From an uncultured Verrucomicrobiae bacterium (GTDB lineage Bacteria > Verrucomicrobiota > Verrucomicrobiia > Chthoniobacterales > Chthoniobacteraceae): a stretch of 64,000 nt of DNA. Below, in pieces: positions 29,449-40,046 of this stretch (positions are counted from its first letter, which is position 1; each line of letters starts with the position of its first letter). The notes under the pieces are model-generated. The model saw only the letters and a program-made list of their open reading frames with translations. It had not been told where the DNA came from and made no database searches. The DNA lies in contig CAVYKI010000003.1 of the NCBI GenBank assembly GCA_963769025.1, positions 736,001-800,000 of the forward strand. The letters are read 5' to 3'. Position numbers and translations under genes: made by a program.

Positions 29449-30078
29449 TCAAATATCCGCCCCATCCTTGTGCGGGTGACCGTCGTGGATGTCTCTGTTT
29501 TCCCGCCCCGCCTTGTAGCCCTTGCAATACCCATCCGACTCGTCCACCGGCTGCCTGTTTTTCAGGTCCACATCATTCGCGCTCTCCCCCGTGCCCCAGC
29601 CGAAAAGCCGCTGAAAGAGGGGCATCAGCCTGCTCGCCTTGATCTGCTCCAGGAAGTACACCTCGTGCTCCTTCTCCTTCATCCCCATCTCATAGAGCAT
29701 CGCATCGTGCTCCGTGATGCCCAGCGAGTGAAAGTGCCGCATCATCACAAAGTATTCGCACACATTCCCGCTCTCCAATTTCCCCGCGAAAAAGAACGGC
29801 ATGAACCGCCCGATGACATGGCAGCTCGCCGAGATGATCCGCCCGATGACGTGCAGCTTCACCTCCAGCCAGCGCGACACCGGCACCTCGTAGCGCCGCA
29901 TCAGCCCCAGCACATTCTCGCGGTGCTTCCACTCATCCGCCTCGATCTGCCGCACCGCCCCCTTCGCCGCCGGATCCCGCAGCGAACGCGCATGCCCGAT
30001 GTACGCAAACGCCGCCGCCTTCTCCCCCGAGTAGGCCCTCTGCAAAAGTTTCACCAGCGCGGGATGGTCGAGCTTCAT
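29449..30078 (-). CDS. Ferritin-like di-iron carboxylate protein (COQ7-like)
   Basis: YSGE..A..AY, DEWKH, KLESGNV.EY, EKEHE: E/ExxH/E/ExxH ligand pattern. Confidence 0.8.
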   Translation of the reverse strand: MKLDHPALVKLLQRAYSGEKAAAFAYIGHARSLRDPAAKGAVRQIEADEWKHRENVLGLMRRYEVPVSRWLEVKLHVIGRIISASCHVIGRFMPFFFAGKLESGNVCEYFVMMRHFHSLGITEHDAMLYEMGMKEKEHEVYFLEQIKASRLMPLFQRLFGWGTGESANDVDLKNRQPVDESDGYCKGYKAGRENRDIHDGHPHKDGADI

Positions 30079-30138
30079 GACGCCTGAAGCCTGATGCAAC
30101 GAACGTGGCGCGACAACCCCCGTTCCCCGTGCGCTCGA

Positions 30139-30446
30139 TCATACCCGCCGTTTCCAATGTCTGTCGTGACGCGCAGCGCGGAGAACCGCGGCCACGATCA
30201 CTGTCCGCTCAGCCTCCAGCACTTCGTAAATAATGCGGTAGGGGAAACGGTCGGGGTATCGCCAGCGGATGTCTTCGCCGGGTGTCGATGGCTGTTCAGC
30301 AGCGGGTTGTCGCCCAGCGCGTCATAAATCCGGAAGACTTCTTCGATGAATTCCGCGCCGAGCCCCGCGCGCCGGTCTTCATACCACGTGGCAGCCTCGG
30401 CCATGTCCCGCTCCACTTCGGGGCGGAACTCCACACGCCAGTTCAT
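30139..30446 (-). pseudogene. ParE/RelE-family toxin, frameshifted near 30272
   Basis: MNWRVEFRPEVERDMAEAATWYEDRRAGLGAEF...NP continues in another frame as IRWRYPDRFPYRIIYEV...VIVAAVL.AARHDRHWKRRV*. Confidence 0.82.
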
Positions 30447-30611
30447 CACGGAAACCGGGAACGCAGGCGGGCCTTCATCTCGTCCAGAGGAACGGCCGAG
30501 TCCGGATTCCGATGATGCTCGGCGAGGCGTTCCTCCACCAGCTCCACATCCTCCGCCAGCAGCCCCGGCTCATCCAGTTCGAGCGCGCGACGGATCTTCT
30601 GCGAAGCTCAT
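30446..30611 (-). pseudogene. Addiction-module antitoxin remnant (internal deletion)
   Basis: MSFAE is out of frame with IRRALELDEPGL..EDVELVEERLAEHHRNPDSAVPLDEMKARLRSRFP*; TGATG overlap with the toxin. Confidence 0.7.
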
Positions 30612-30703
30612 GGCTGGAAGCTAGCCCGCGTCCGCGTCGGTGCCAGCGGGAAATGCGGGGTGAGTGCGAAGTGAACGTGTATTCCCAAAGGAATAATCAG
30701 TCT

Positions 30704-30729
30704 GTCCCCGCTTCTGGTCCCCGCTTCTG
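30704..30729. repeat. 13-nt tandem direct repeat GTCCCCGCTTCTG x2
   Basis: Exact duplication at 30704-30716 and 30717-30729, preceded by AATAATCAGTCT and a small hairpin at 30680-30695. Confidence 0.85.
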
Positions 30730-30838
30730 ATTCTCGGCAGCAGGCCCGCTACAATGCAGAGGATCGGGATGAGAAGGCGCATCGGTGAGTTGTGACCAAA
30801 ACAAGCATCCGTGTTCTGGCAAACGCCAAACGCACCCC

Positions 30839-30866
30839 TTGCGCAAACGGTCGGCTTCCATAATGT
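30839..30866 (+). promoter_or_regulatory. Candidate promoter of htpG
   Basis: TTGCGC-N16-TAATGT, 10 nt before the ATG. Confidence 0.4.
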
Positions 30867-30876
30867 CCGCGGCCCT

Positions 30877-32741
30877 ATGAGTACGACCACTGCACCGGAG
30901 AAACATGAATTTCAGGCGGAGATCGCGCAGCTCCTCGATCTCGTTGTCCATTCGCTTTACACCGACAAGGAGATCTTTGTCCGCGAGCTGATTTCCAATG
31001 CGGCGGATGCTTCGGAGAAGCTGCGCTTCCTGAAGACGAGCGGGCAGGAAATCACCGAGCCCGATGCGCCGCTGAAGGTGACCATCACGACGGATGACAC
31101 GGCGAAGACGATCACCTTCACGGATGCGGGCATCGGGATGTCGCACGGGGAGTTGATCGAGAATCTCGGGACCATCGCGCATTCCGGATCGAAGGCTTTC
31201 CTCGAGCAGCTCAAGGCGAAGGCCCAGGCTTCGGGAAGCGGGGCGGTGGATGCGACGCTCATCGGGCAGTTTGGCGTGGGCTTTTACTCGGCATTCATGG
31301 TGGCGGACAAAGTCACGGTTTACTCGAAGAGCTGCCGTCCGGGTGAGACGGGATGGAAGTGGAAGAGCGACGGAAAGTCGGGCTACGAGATCGAGGCTGC
31401 GGATGACCTTTGCCGCGCGGAACGAAAATCGTCCTGCATCTCAAGGACGATGAATTTGCGAAGGCTTACCGCATCGAGAGCATCATCAAGCGATACTCGA
31501 ACTTCGTGCCGCTGCCGATCGAGGTGAACGGGAAGGAAATCAACACGGTGCAGGCGCTGTGGACGCGCAACAAATCGGAGATCAAGGACACGGAATACGA
31601 CGAGTTTTACAAATACATCGGGCACGACGCGGAGGCGCCGCTCTACCGGCTGCACTTCAATGCGGACGCGCCGCTGGCGATCCGCGCGCTGCTGTTCATC
31701 CCGTCGAAGAACCTCGAACTGGCGACCTTCACGCGCGAGGAGCACCACGTGGATCTCTATTGCAAAAAGATCCTCATCCAGTCGCGCGCGAAGACGCTGC
31801 TGCCGGAGTGGACGCGCTTCCTGCGCGGCGTCGTGGACAGCGAGGATCTGCCGCTGAATATTTCGCGGGAGACGATGCAGGACAGCGCGCTGGTGGCAAA
31901 GCTGCGCGAGGTGCTGGTGAAGCGGCTGCTGAAATTCCTCGACGAGGAATCGAAGGCGGACGCGGACAAGTATGCGCGCTTTTTCAAGGAGCACGGCCAC
32001 TGCCTGAAGGAAGGCGTGGCGAACGACTGGTCGCACCGCGATGCGCTGGCGAAGCTGCTGCGCTTCGAGTCGAGCGCGACCGAGGGCGGGAAGTTCACGA
32101 GCCTCGCGGACTACGTTTCGCGGATGCCGGAGGAGCAGAAGGAGATTTACTTCCTGAGCGCCGCGAACCGCGAGGCGTGCGAAGCCGCGCCGAGCTACGA
32201 GGTGTTCCGGGAGAAGAAGTGGGAGATGTTTTTCCTCACCGATGCGCGCGACGAGTTTGTCCTGGAACAGCTTCGCGAATTCGACGGCAAGAAGCTCGTG
32301 GCCGCGGAAAAAGCGGACGTGAAGCTGGAACGCGAAGCGAAGGGCCTCGATGAGGACACGGCGAAGAAGCTGGCGGAATTCATCAAGGAAGCGGTCGGCG
32401 AACGCGTGGGCGAAGTGCGCGTGTCGAAGCGGCTCGTGGGCAGCCCGGCCATCGCGCTTTCCTCGGACAGCGAGATGACGGTGAACATGCGCCGCATGAT
32501 GAAGGCGCTCAACCGCGACGGCGAGGCCGGTCCGGAGCCGAAGCCGGACATTGAAATCAACCCCGACCACGCGCTCATCGTGAGCCTTGAGAAGATGCGC
32601 AATTCCGACGCGGAACTCGGCAAGGCCGTGGCGATGCAGGTCGCAGACCAGGCGCTCGCCGCCGCGGGATTGCTGGACGATCCGCGCACGATGCTCGGGC
32701 GGATGACCGGCCTGCTCGAAAAACTCTGCGCGAAGCCGTAG
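30877..32741 (+). CDS. htpG: Molecular chaperone HtpG (Hsp90); one frameshift near 31410
   Basis: HEFQAE, SLYTDKEIFVRELISNAADA, NLGTIAHSGS, IGQFGVGFYS.F, GTKIVLHLK, RGVVDSEDLPLNISRE, EINPDH. Confidence 0.96.
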
Positions 32742-32847
32742 GCCGTTCACCAAAGGCGACCCGGCGCTCAGTAGTTGACCCCGGTGCGTCCGGGCTGTCA
32801 GATTGGGAACGACCGCCCTGCGGTTCCAACAACAACTACACACCCTT

Positions 32848-33231
32848 ATGAAACAATACATCATCATCGCCGCCATTGCCGCGCTGGGCTTCACCGCCTG
32901 CGAGAAGAAGGACGTCGAAACAAAAGCAAAAGAAGACGTCCAGAAGGCCATGGACAAAGCCACTACAGAGGTGGACAAGGCCACCAAGGAAGCCAAGGAA
33001 ACGGTGGACAAGGCGACTCAGGAAGCCAAGGAGACCGTGGACAAAGCCAAGGCTGAGGCGAAAGAAGCAGTCCAAGCCGCTGCGCCTTCGGCCCCGGTTC
33101 CTTCCGCGCCCGTTCCTTCGGCACCGAAGCCTCCGAAGCCTGCGCCGACCACCGACGAGGTGATCAACGCTCCGCCGGACGCCGCTCCCGCACCCGCGCC
33201 GAAGCCCCCGACTCCCCCGGCTGGCAACTAA
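32848..33231 (+). CDS. Lipoprotein with 11-aa repeats and a Pro-rich tail
   Basis: MKQYIIIAAIAALGFTAC lipobox; GTGGACAA-initiated 33-nt repeats at 32971, 33004 and 33037 (VDKATKEAKET). Confidence 0.85.
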   Translation: MKQYIIIAAIAALGFTACEKKDVETKAKEDVQKAMDKATTEVDKATKEAKETVDKATQEAKETVDKAKAEAKEAVQAAAPSAPVPSAPVPSAPKPPKPAPTTDEVINAPPDAAPAPAPKPPTPPAGN

Positions 33232-33254
33232 GCGACGCATCCCAGATTCCCAAC

Positions 33255-33292
33255 AAGACCCCGGCTTCGAGAGAGGCCGGGGTTTTCTTTTT
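33255..33292 (+). terminator. Rho-independent terminator
   Basis: Stem ACCCCGGC/GCCGGGGT followed by TTTCTTTTT. Confidence 0.8.
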
Positions 33293-33413
33293 CGACGACG
33301 AACGTTCTCCGCCGGCCGGAGAGCGGGACGCGCCACCGCCGCCGGGACGCCCCGCTCCGGTTCACTGACAACCGATGCCGCAGGCGCGTCACGAAAGGTT
33401 TGGGACTTTTTGT

Positions 33414-33441
33414 TTGCACAAAGCGGATGCGCCGCTAGTTT
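33414..33441 (+). promoter_or_regulatory. Candidate promoter of rpmE-prfA
   Basis: TTGCAC-N16-TAGTTT. Confidence 0.45.
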
Positions 33442-33467
33442 GCGCGCCCCATTTTCCGCAAAAAGCC

Positions 33468-33698
33468 ATGAAAGCCGAAATCCATCCCGAATACACCGAT
33501 ACCACCATCTCCTGCGCATGCGGAGCCGTCATCCACACCCGCTCGACGCGCAAGACGCTGCAGGTCGGCATCTGCGCTTCGTGCCATCCATTCTTCACGG
33601 GTGAGCAGAAGTTCGTCGATACCGCAGGCCGCATCGAGAAGTTCACGAAGCGCTTCGGCGGCACCGAGCTTCGCCGGAAAAAGGTCGCCAAGGCCTAG
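33468..33698 (+). CDS. rpmE: 50S ribosomal protein L31 (Zn-binding type)
   Basis: [35 protein letters not shown]. Confidence 0.97.
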   Translation: MKAEIHPEYTDTTISCACGAVIHTRSTRKTLQVGICASCHPFFTGEQKFVDTAGRIEKFTKRFGGTELRRKKVAKA

Positions 33699-33779
33699 CT
33701 CCGCAGATCCTGATTTTCGCGACGGTGGAGGCGCCATGTGCGGCTCCACCGTTTCGTTTTTTGCCACGACAAAAGCGCC

Positions 33780-34856
33780 ATGGACTTCACGCCATTGATG
33801 GATCGCAAGCGGGATCGCTTCGCCGAGGTCGAGGCTGCCGTGGCCGCGCCCGGTCTCTACGACAACCCGAAGAAGGCGCAGGAAATCCTCCGTGAGCACA
33901 GCCGCCTGAAGGAGTCGCTCGCGCTGTGGGACGAATTCCAAAAGCTGGAGCGCGAAATCGCCGACAGCCGTGAACTCGCCAAGGGCGACGACGAACTCGC
34001 GGAGATGGCGCGCGCGGAGCTGCCTGACTTGGAAGCCCGCGTGGCGAAGCTGGAGCGTGAGGTGCAGTTTTCGCTGCTGCCGCCCGACCCGAATGATGAC
34101 CGCGATGCCATCATGGAAATCCGCGCCGGCACGGGTGGCGATGAGGCGGCGCTTTTTGCCGCGGACCTGCACCGCATGTATTCGTATTACGCGGAGACCA
34201 TCGGGCTGAAAATCGAGCCTCTCGAGTCCTCGCCCAGCGACTTGGGCGGCTACAAGGAAATCATTTTCAAGGTCACCGGTGAAAACGTGTTCCGGAAGCT
34301 GCGCTTCGAGAGCGGCGTGCATCGCGTGCAGCGCGTGCCGGCGACCGAGGCGCAGGGGCGCATCCACACGAGCGTCGCGACTGTCGCCGTGCTGCCGGAG
34401 GCTGAGGAAGTGGATTTTGAACTCAAGCCCGACGACCTCCGCATCGAAGTCTGCCGTTCCGGCGGCCCCGGGGGGCAGGGCGTGAACACGACGGATTCCG
34501 CGGTGCAGGTGATGCACATTCCCACCGGCACGATCGTCCGCTGTCAGGACGGACGCAGCCAGCAGAAGAACAAGGAAAAGGCGCTGACCATCCTGCGTTC
34601 GCGCCTGCTGGAGAAGAAACAGCGCGAGGAGGCGGAAAAATACGCGGCGCACCGCAAGAGCCAGATCGGCAGCGGCGACCGGTCGGAAAAAATCCGCACG
34701 TATAATTTCCCGCAGAACCGAGTGACCGACCACCGCATCGAGCTCACGCTCTACAATCTCGATCGGTTCATGGAAGGCGACCTCGGCGAAATGCTCACCG
34801 CGCTCCAGGAAGCGGACCTCGCCGACCGGCTCGCCGCTGCGAACGCCGGGAACTGA
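33780..34856 (+). CDS. prfA: Peptide chain release factor 1
   Basis: [25 protein letters not shown] (PxT), [26 protein letters not shown]. Confidence 0.97.
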   Translation: MDFTPLMDRKRDRFAEVEAAVAAPGLYDNPKKAQEILREHSRLKESLALWDEFQKLEREIADSRELAKGDDELAEMARAELPDLEARVAKLEREVQFSLLPPDPNDDRDAIMEIRAGTGGDEAALFAADLHRMYSYYAETIGLKIEPLESSPSDLGGYKEIIFKVTGENVFRKLRFESGVHRVQRVPATEAQGRIHTSVATVAVLPEAEEVDFELKPDDLRIEVCRSGGPGGQGVNTTDSAVQVMHIPTGTIVRCQDGRSQQKNKEKALTILRSRLLEKKQREEAEKYAAHRKSQIGSGDRSEKIRTYNFPQNRVTDHRIELTLYNLDRFMEGDLGEMLTALQEADLADRLAAANAGN

Positions 34857-34979
34857 GGCAGCGCCCGCGCGCCGGGATTGTCGCCCACCGAAAGAGCCGG
34901 CTCGAAGCACTTTTTGCCGCCTTCGGTCGCGTCGCCCGGCAACAGACGAGCCGGCGAAAATATTGGACCAATTTCCGGA

Positions 34980-35007
34980 TTGCGCCCGAAGCGATTGAGC
35001 ATAAGTT
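34980..35007 (+). promoter_or_regulatory. Candidate promoter of tal
   Basis: TTGCGC-N16-TAAGTT. Confidence 0.45.
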
Positions 35008-35032
35008 CGCGCCCCTTTTCTTCCAACACGCC

Positions 35033-35992
35033 ATGATCACCCAACTCGACCAACTCAAGAAACTCACCAAAGTCGTCGCCGATACGGGCGATTTCGAATC
35101 CATGAAGGCCTACAAGCCGCAGGATGCGACGACGAATCCCTCGCTCATCCTCGCCGCCGCCTCCAAGCCGGAGTACGCGCCGCTCGTGGACAAGGCCGTG
35201 GCCGACCGCAAGAACAGCGGCCTCACCGGCGCCGCGCAGGTGGAGGACGTGATCGACAACATCCTCGTGAATTTCGGTCTCGAAATTCTGAAGATCGTCC
35301 CCGGCCGCGTGAGCACGGAGACGGATGCGCGCCTGTCATTCGACAAGGACGGAAGCATCAAAAAGGCCCACCAACTCATCGCAATTTACGAGAAGAACGG
35401 CATCAGCCGCGACCGCGTGCTGATCAAGATCGCGAGCACGTGGGAGGGCATCAAGGCCGCCGAGGTGCTCGAAAAGGAAGGCATCCACTGCAACCTGACG
35501 CTCCTCTTCTCGCTCGCGCAGGCGATTGCGTGCGCCGAGGGCGGCATCACGCTCATCTCGCCTTTCGTCGGCCGCATCCTCGACTGGTACAAGGCCTCGA
35601 CGAAGAAGGATTACGCTCCGACCGAGGACCCCGGCGTGGTGTCGGTCACGCAGATTTTCAACTACTACAAGAAATTCGGCTACAAGACCGAGGTGATGGG
35701 CGCGTCGTTCCGCAACAAGGGCGAGATCACGGAGCTCGCGGGCTGCGACCTGCTCACCATCAGCCCGGCGCTGCTCGGGGAACTCCAGGCCAGCACGGAG
35801 CCGATCGTGCGGAAACTCGACGCGAGCGCCGCGAAGGGCATGGACATCGCCAAGCGGCACATCGACGAAAAGACGTTCCGCTACGAGGTGAACGATGACG
35901 CGATGGCGACGGAGAAGACGGCGGACGGCATCCGCAAGTTCGCCGCGGACATCGTGAAGCTCGAGCAGCTCGTCGCGAAGAAGCTCGGCTAA
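35033..35992 (+). CDS. tal: Transaldolase (large TalA/TalB type)
   Basis: [60 protein letters not shown]. Confidence 0.97.
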   Translation: MITQLDQLKKLTKVVADTGDFESMKAYKPQDATTNPSLILAAASKPEYAPLVDKAVADRKNSGLTGAAQVEDVIDNILVNFGLEILKIVPGRVSTETDARLSFDKDGSIKKAHQLIAIYEKNGISRDRVLIKIASTWEGIKAAEVLEKEGIHCNLTLLFSLAQAIACAEGGITLISPFVGRILDWYKASTKKDYAPTEDPGVVSVTQIFNYYKKFGYKTEVMGASFRNKGEITELAGCDLLTISPALLGELQASTEPIVRKLDASAAKGMDIAKRHIDEKTFRYEVNDDAMATEKTADGIRKFAADIVKLEQLVAKKLG

Positions 35993-37338
35993 CGAGCCTC
36001 CACGCGTAACCGCTCCAGCAAAGGGCGGTGGTCGAAAAAACCTGCCGCGCCCGGTGGTGCCGGGATCGTATGCCCGTCGCCGAGCCAGATGCGGCCGGCG
36101 TGCAGAGCCGCGAGCGCGTCGGCGTTGAAGGCAAAGTATTTTTGCGGCCGGGTGCCGCCTTGCAGTGCGACGAGTGCGGTCATGCCCCAGTGATCCATCG
36201 CTGTGCGCGCGACCCACGGGACGGCCTCGTGCGGGACGACGGCGCGCGGGTCATTTGCGATGTCGTTTTCAAGCCGCACGACGAGCCGGTGCCAACCGAG
36301 TGACTGGAGTGCGATGACGACGAAGAACACGGCTGCCGAAGCGGGCGCGAATGCGAACGAAACCGGCTTTCCCGGCACGCGACGCGCGGCGAGGAATGCA
36401 GCGATGAGGAACGGGAATGCGAACGGCACGACCCACCGGCGGTAGTTGATCGCGCCCGCCCAGCGCTCCGGCACCGCAGCCCACCACGCCCACAGCACGC
36501 CCGTGGCGGCAAGTGCCAGCAACCCCGCGCGCTGCGCGCCGCGGCCACGCGCGAGTGGCGCAAGGGCGGCGAGCCACATGGCGAGCATCCCGTAGAGCGG
36601 CGGGCCGACCACGCCGTCACACCATGTCGTGGCGATCTCCGACCACGACATGCGCTGCGCCGCGTAGCTGTCGTGCAGCGCACCCGACCAGTTCGGGTTC
36701 GAGATCCACAGCACCTTCGCGATTGCAAGTGCGAGCAACACCGCGAGTGCCGCCACTTTTGCGGACTGTGCGCGTCGGAATTCCGGCTGCGATCGGCCGA
36801 CCAGCCACGCCGCGATCAGCGCCGCTCCGAGGAGCAGGATGCCCGCCTGATGAGAGAGTTGGAAAAGGGCGAGCACGCCGAGCGCACACGCACAACGCCG
36901 CGACACCGGCACGAGCGCGCCGAGGAATACCGGCCAGAACATCGTCTGCTGCCAGATGCTGTCGTTGATCACGAACGCCTGCCCCGGCAGTCCCGCGAGC
37001 GCGACGCCGAACGCAGCCCATACGATCAGCTCCGGCCGGTTCCGCCGCACGACGAGCCACGAGATCCCCAGGCTCGCCGCCGGAGCGGCGATGAATGGCA
37101 GGCCGAATGCAAACGTGAGCGCGGTGAGATTATCCGTCGCGCTGCTCAGCGCGACGCAGGGCCACCACAGCAGCCACGAGTGGAATCGCGTCTGGTAAAA
37201 ATACGGCTTCTGCTCCACGAGGCTGACGGCGAGCTGGTATGCGCCGTCCCACACGAGCGGCAGGCCGCAGACGCAGGCGATGATTGATGCCGCGACGAGC
37301 AGGCCGCACGTCAGCCACACCGCGCGGGCCGCGCTCAA
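35989..37338 (-). CDS. Multi-pass membrane protein, possibly GT-C fold
   Basis: About ten hydrophobic segments; first loop PLVWDGAY; soluble C-terminal tail; ATGA overlap with the epsI stop. Confidence 0.7.
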   Translation of the reverse strand: MSAARAVWLTCGLLVAASIIACVCGLPLVWDGAYQLAVSLVEQKPYFYQTRFHSWLLWWPCVALSSATDNLTALTFAFGLPFIAAPAASLGISWLVVRRNRPELIVWAAFGVALAGLPGQAFVINDSIWQQTMFWPVFLGALVPVSRRCACALGVLALFQLSHQAGILLLGAALIAAWLVGRSQPEFRRAQSAKVAALAVLLALAIAKVLWISNPNWSGALHDSYAAQRMSWSEIATTWCDGVVGPPLYGMLAMWLAALAPLARGRGAQRAGLLALAATGVLWAWWAAVPERWAGAINYRRWVVPFAFPFLIAAFLAARRVPGKPVSFAFAPASAAVFFVVIALQSLGWHRLVVRLENDIANDPRAVVPHEAVPWVARTAMDHWGMTALVALQGGTRPQKYFAFNADALAALHAGRIWLGDGHTIPAPPGAAGFFDHRPLLERLRVEAR

Positions 37339-38030
37339 TGGTACTGGACGGTGTCGAGGTGGATCTTCGGCGCGAGCATCGCGATGAAGTTGCGGATGGC
37401 CTGCTGCGATCCTTTGCGTGCGGCTTCGTTGTCCTTCGGATCCTTCTGGGGCGGCACGATCCCGCTCACGAGGATGAATGCCCAGCGCTGGTTGACGCCA
37501 CGGAAGAGCCGGTCCCGATTATCGATGGCCCAACGTTCCCAGTGGCCGTTGCAGACCTCATCTTCTCCGACGAACCAGTAGAACGCCTGCAGATCGAGTG
37601 TGACGGGGCTTTTTTCCGCCTGGATGAGACGGCTGCAGCGCAACTGCGTGACGGGGAAAGTCCCGCGCGTCGGCAGCGACACGGCAAAGGTGTCGCTCTC
37701 CCGCCGGGCCCATCCCTGCGCATCGAGGCAGCGCTCGGGGCGGTGGATGCTCGTGCTCATATCGCGGCCGGAAAGGACGATGGTGACGGTAATTTCGTGG
37801 TCGCCGAGATTCCGGTAGACCTTGCGGATGATGCGGGTGCCGGTGGCGACACCGAGGCCGAAGCGTTCCTTGTCGGTGATTTCCCCGTCGGTGCCGATCC
37901 AGTTGGCAACGTAATCCGGCAGTTCCATGCGGATGCCGGTGGGTTGGTTGGGGCTTTTCGGGAGAAGGAAGACGGTCGCAAACCCGAGCGCCATGAACGC
38001 GAGCAATGTGGCAAGCCGGCTAGTAGTCAT
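37335..38030 (-). CDS. epsI: Exosortase-associated EpsI family protein
   Basis: N-terminal TM; LPDYVANWIG, RKVY, SIHRPERCL.AQGW, YWF; directly downstream of the exosortase. Confidence 0.88.
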   Translation of the reverse strand: MTTSRLATLLAFMALGFATVFLLPKSPNQPTGIRMELPDYVANWIGTDGEITDKERFGLGVATGTRIIRKVYRNLGDHEITVTIVLSGRDMSTSIHRPERCLDAQGWARRESDTFAVSLPTRGTFPVTQLRCSRLIQAEKSPVTLDLQAFYWFVGEDEVCNGHWERWAIDNRDRLFRGVNQRWAFILVSGIVPPQKDPKDNEAARKGSQQAIRNFIAMLAPKIHLDTVQYH

Positions 38031-39099
38031 AGTGCAGCGGCTTCTTGGGCTTCGGTGCCTTCCCGGGTGCCGGGGAAGATTTGGGAGCGGCCGACTTGGC
38101 CGGCTGCGCGGCAAACCATTGCTCGAAAAGCGCACGCCAGTCGCGATTGATCAGCGATCCAAAGCCGGCCATCGCGGCGACAGCCACGGGGAAGAACACG
38201 AGGCCCGAGTAGTCGTGGTAGCTCTTTGTCGCGATCTCGGGACTCACAAACCGGGCGAAGAGGACGACGGAAAACACGCGGGCGAAATTTCCCAGCACGG
38301 CGAAAATCAGCGAACTGCCGAAGAGGATCACGCCCCGCACAGTCCCGCGCATCACAAAGTAGGCGTAAAGTGCGGCGATCGTGCTCATCGCCATGAGCGA
38401 CCGGATTCCCGAGCAGCCGCCCGCGACCTCCATCGGCGGAAACCTCCCGTCGGCTGACGTGATGCTGCTGCCATCCACAAGGATCGGGATGCCGCAGATC
38501 GAGGAAAGAATCTGGATGGCCTTCGCCGTGAGCACCTGCAGGGACGCGGTGCCCTGCACGACTCCGCCGAGCGGCGTCATGAAAAGGAGAAAGATGCACG
38601 GAAAGAGAACAAGCCGGCTGATCGGCACGCCAAAAAGAAAACGCGTGATCCCGTAAAACAGGAACGGCAGCGCAAAAATCGTGTACCGCGCCTCCGTGCA
38701 GCGCACACCCGCGACATAAAGCAGCACGCCAGCTCCGACAAACCACAATCCGGAATTGCTGCCCCGCTTCGGCAGCACGGCGATCTCCTTCCATCGGAAA
38801 AGGACGAGCAAGACGGATACCGGAAGGATGAACCAGCAGTGCTCCTGATCGTTTTCCGCATTCCACCCGGCCGAGATCCAGTGCGCGGCACTGATTTTCA
38901 TCCCCACGAATGCCTTGATCCCAAAGTAGGCGTACCCAAGCACACCGATGAGAAGGCCAAGCAGCACCGTCTGCACGGGATTTTTCCGGCACCATCGGAA
39001 CAGCGCGGCAAGCAGCCTAGGGACGTCGGGAAACAACGTCCGGTCCGCTTCGCGAACCGGTTCATCGAGATCAACGATGGGTTGTGAGGTCTCTGCCAT
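38020..39099 (-). CDS. Exosortase (EpsH/archaeosortase family)
   Basis: EHCWFILP, MEVAGGCSGIRS (Cys), GNFARV (Arg), YHDYSG (His); multi-TM. Confidence 0.93.
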   Translation of the reverse strand: MAETSQPIVDLDEPVREADRTLFPDVPRLLAALFRWCRKNPVQTVLLGLLIGVLGYAYFGIKAFVGMKISAAHWISAGWNAENDQEHCWFILPVSVLLVLFRWKEIAVLPKRGSNSGLWFVGAGVLLYVAGVRCTEARYTIFALPFLFYGITRFLFGVPISRLVLFPCIFLLFMTPLGGVVQGTASLQVLTAKAIQILSSICGIPILVDGSSITSADGRFPPMEVAGGCSGIRSLMAMSTIAALYAYFVMRGTVRGVILFGSSLIFAVLGNFARVFSVVLFARFVSPEIATKSYHDYSGLVFFPVAVAAMAGFGSLINRDWRALFEQWFAAQPAKSAAPKSSPAPGKAPKPKKPLHYDY

Positions 39100-39106
39100 C
39101 GCGGCG

Positions 39107-39134
39107 AACCTACCGCATACCAGGCGTCCTTCAA
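39107..39134 (-). promoter_or_regulatory. Candidate leaderless promoter of the exosortase operon
   Basis: TTGAAG-N16-TAGGTT then 7 nt to ATG 39099; no Shine-Dalgarno. Confidence 0.45.
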
Positions 39135-39192
39135 CGCACTTCTCGGGTGCCTTCGCAAGGCGTCAACCCCTCCCGGCGCGACGGCGCCGCGG

Positions 39193-39912
39193 TCAAAGGG
39201 CGAAGCCGGCGGACTTCGCGTCGCGATCGAACATCCGCACCGTGTCCAGCGAGAGATCCGTGAGATCCATTCCGGCCATCTTGATCGCCTTGGCCAGGAT
39301 GTCGTGCTGGACGGTCACGATGTGCGCGCCGCACGCGTCGGCCTGGAAGATATTGAGCACTTCGCGCACGCTCGCCCAGAGCAGTTCCGCCTTCGGGAGC
39401 GGATTCAGGATCTCCAGCGACTTGCGCATGACATTCACCGGATCGCGCCCCGTGTCGGCGATGCGACCGGCGAAGACCGACACGACGGATGGCACCTCCG
39501 GGTTCAGGACTGCGGCGACTGCGCGCACCTGCTCGACGGAGAGGATGGCCGTGACGTTGAGCTGCACGCCCTCCGTCGCGAGGTCGCGGATGAGATCATA
39601 CGACGGCGCACCCGCGGGATTCATCACGGGGATCTTCACATACACATTGCCCTGCCACGCCGCGATCTTCAGCGCCTGCCGCCGCATCTCGGCGAAGTCG
39701 TCCGAGAACACCTCGAAGGAGATCGGCTTGTCCTTTACGGTCTGCAGGATGTCCTTCGCGAAGCCCTCGTAGTCCCGGATGCCGCTCTTGTTCATCAGCG
39801 TCGGGTTGGTGGTCATTCCCTTGATGAGCGGATTCGCGTAAAGCTGGACCATGCCGGCCTTGTCGGCGCCGTCGGCGAAGATTTGCACGCGGAGATGTTT
39901 AAGCGAGGTCAT
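39193..39912 (-). CDS. Small (TalC-type) transaldolase in the glycan locus
   Basis: IFADGA, TTNPTL, ISFEV (Glu), VYVKIP (Schiff-base Lys), NVTA, SVFAGRI (Phe, transaldolase rather than FSA), LWASVR. Confidence 0.9.
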   Translation of the reverse strand: MTSLKHLRVQIFADGADKAGMVQLYANPLIKGMTTNPTLMNKSGIRDYEGFAKDILQTVKDKPISFEVFSDDFAEMRRQALKIAAWQGNVYVKIPVMNPAGAPSYDLIRDLATEGVQLNVTAILSVEQVRAVAAVLNPEVPSVVSVFAGRIADTGRDPVNVMRKSLEILNPLPKAELLWASVREVLNIFQADACGAHIVTVQHDILAKAIKMAGMDLTDLSLDTVRMFDRDAKSAGFAL

Positions 39913-40046
39913 TGGGGCTGGGCTGTGGCACGCGCGGACGGCTCAAATTCCGCACATGCCGCTCCCTTAAAGCAGGCGCGGTGCCCGCGGCCCTGAACAT
40001 CTCGCCGCAGGCCCGAACGTCAGGCGGGAAGCGGTGGCCGCCCGCC

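Noticed and set aside
30830..30876. Heat-shock element (sigma-32 promoter or CIRCE) before htpG
   Set aside because: No CIRCE inverted repeat; the sigma-32 resemblance is weak and the site fits the shared N16 housekeeping pattern better
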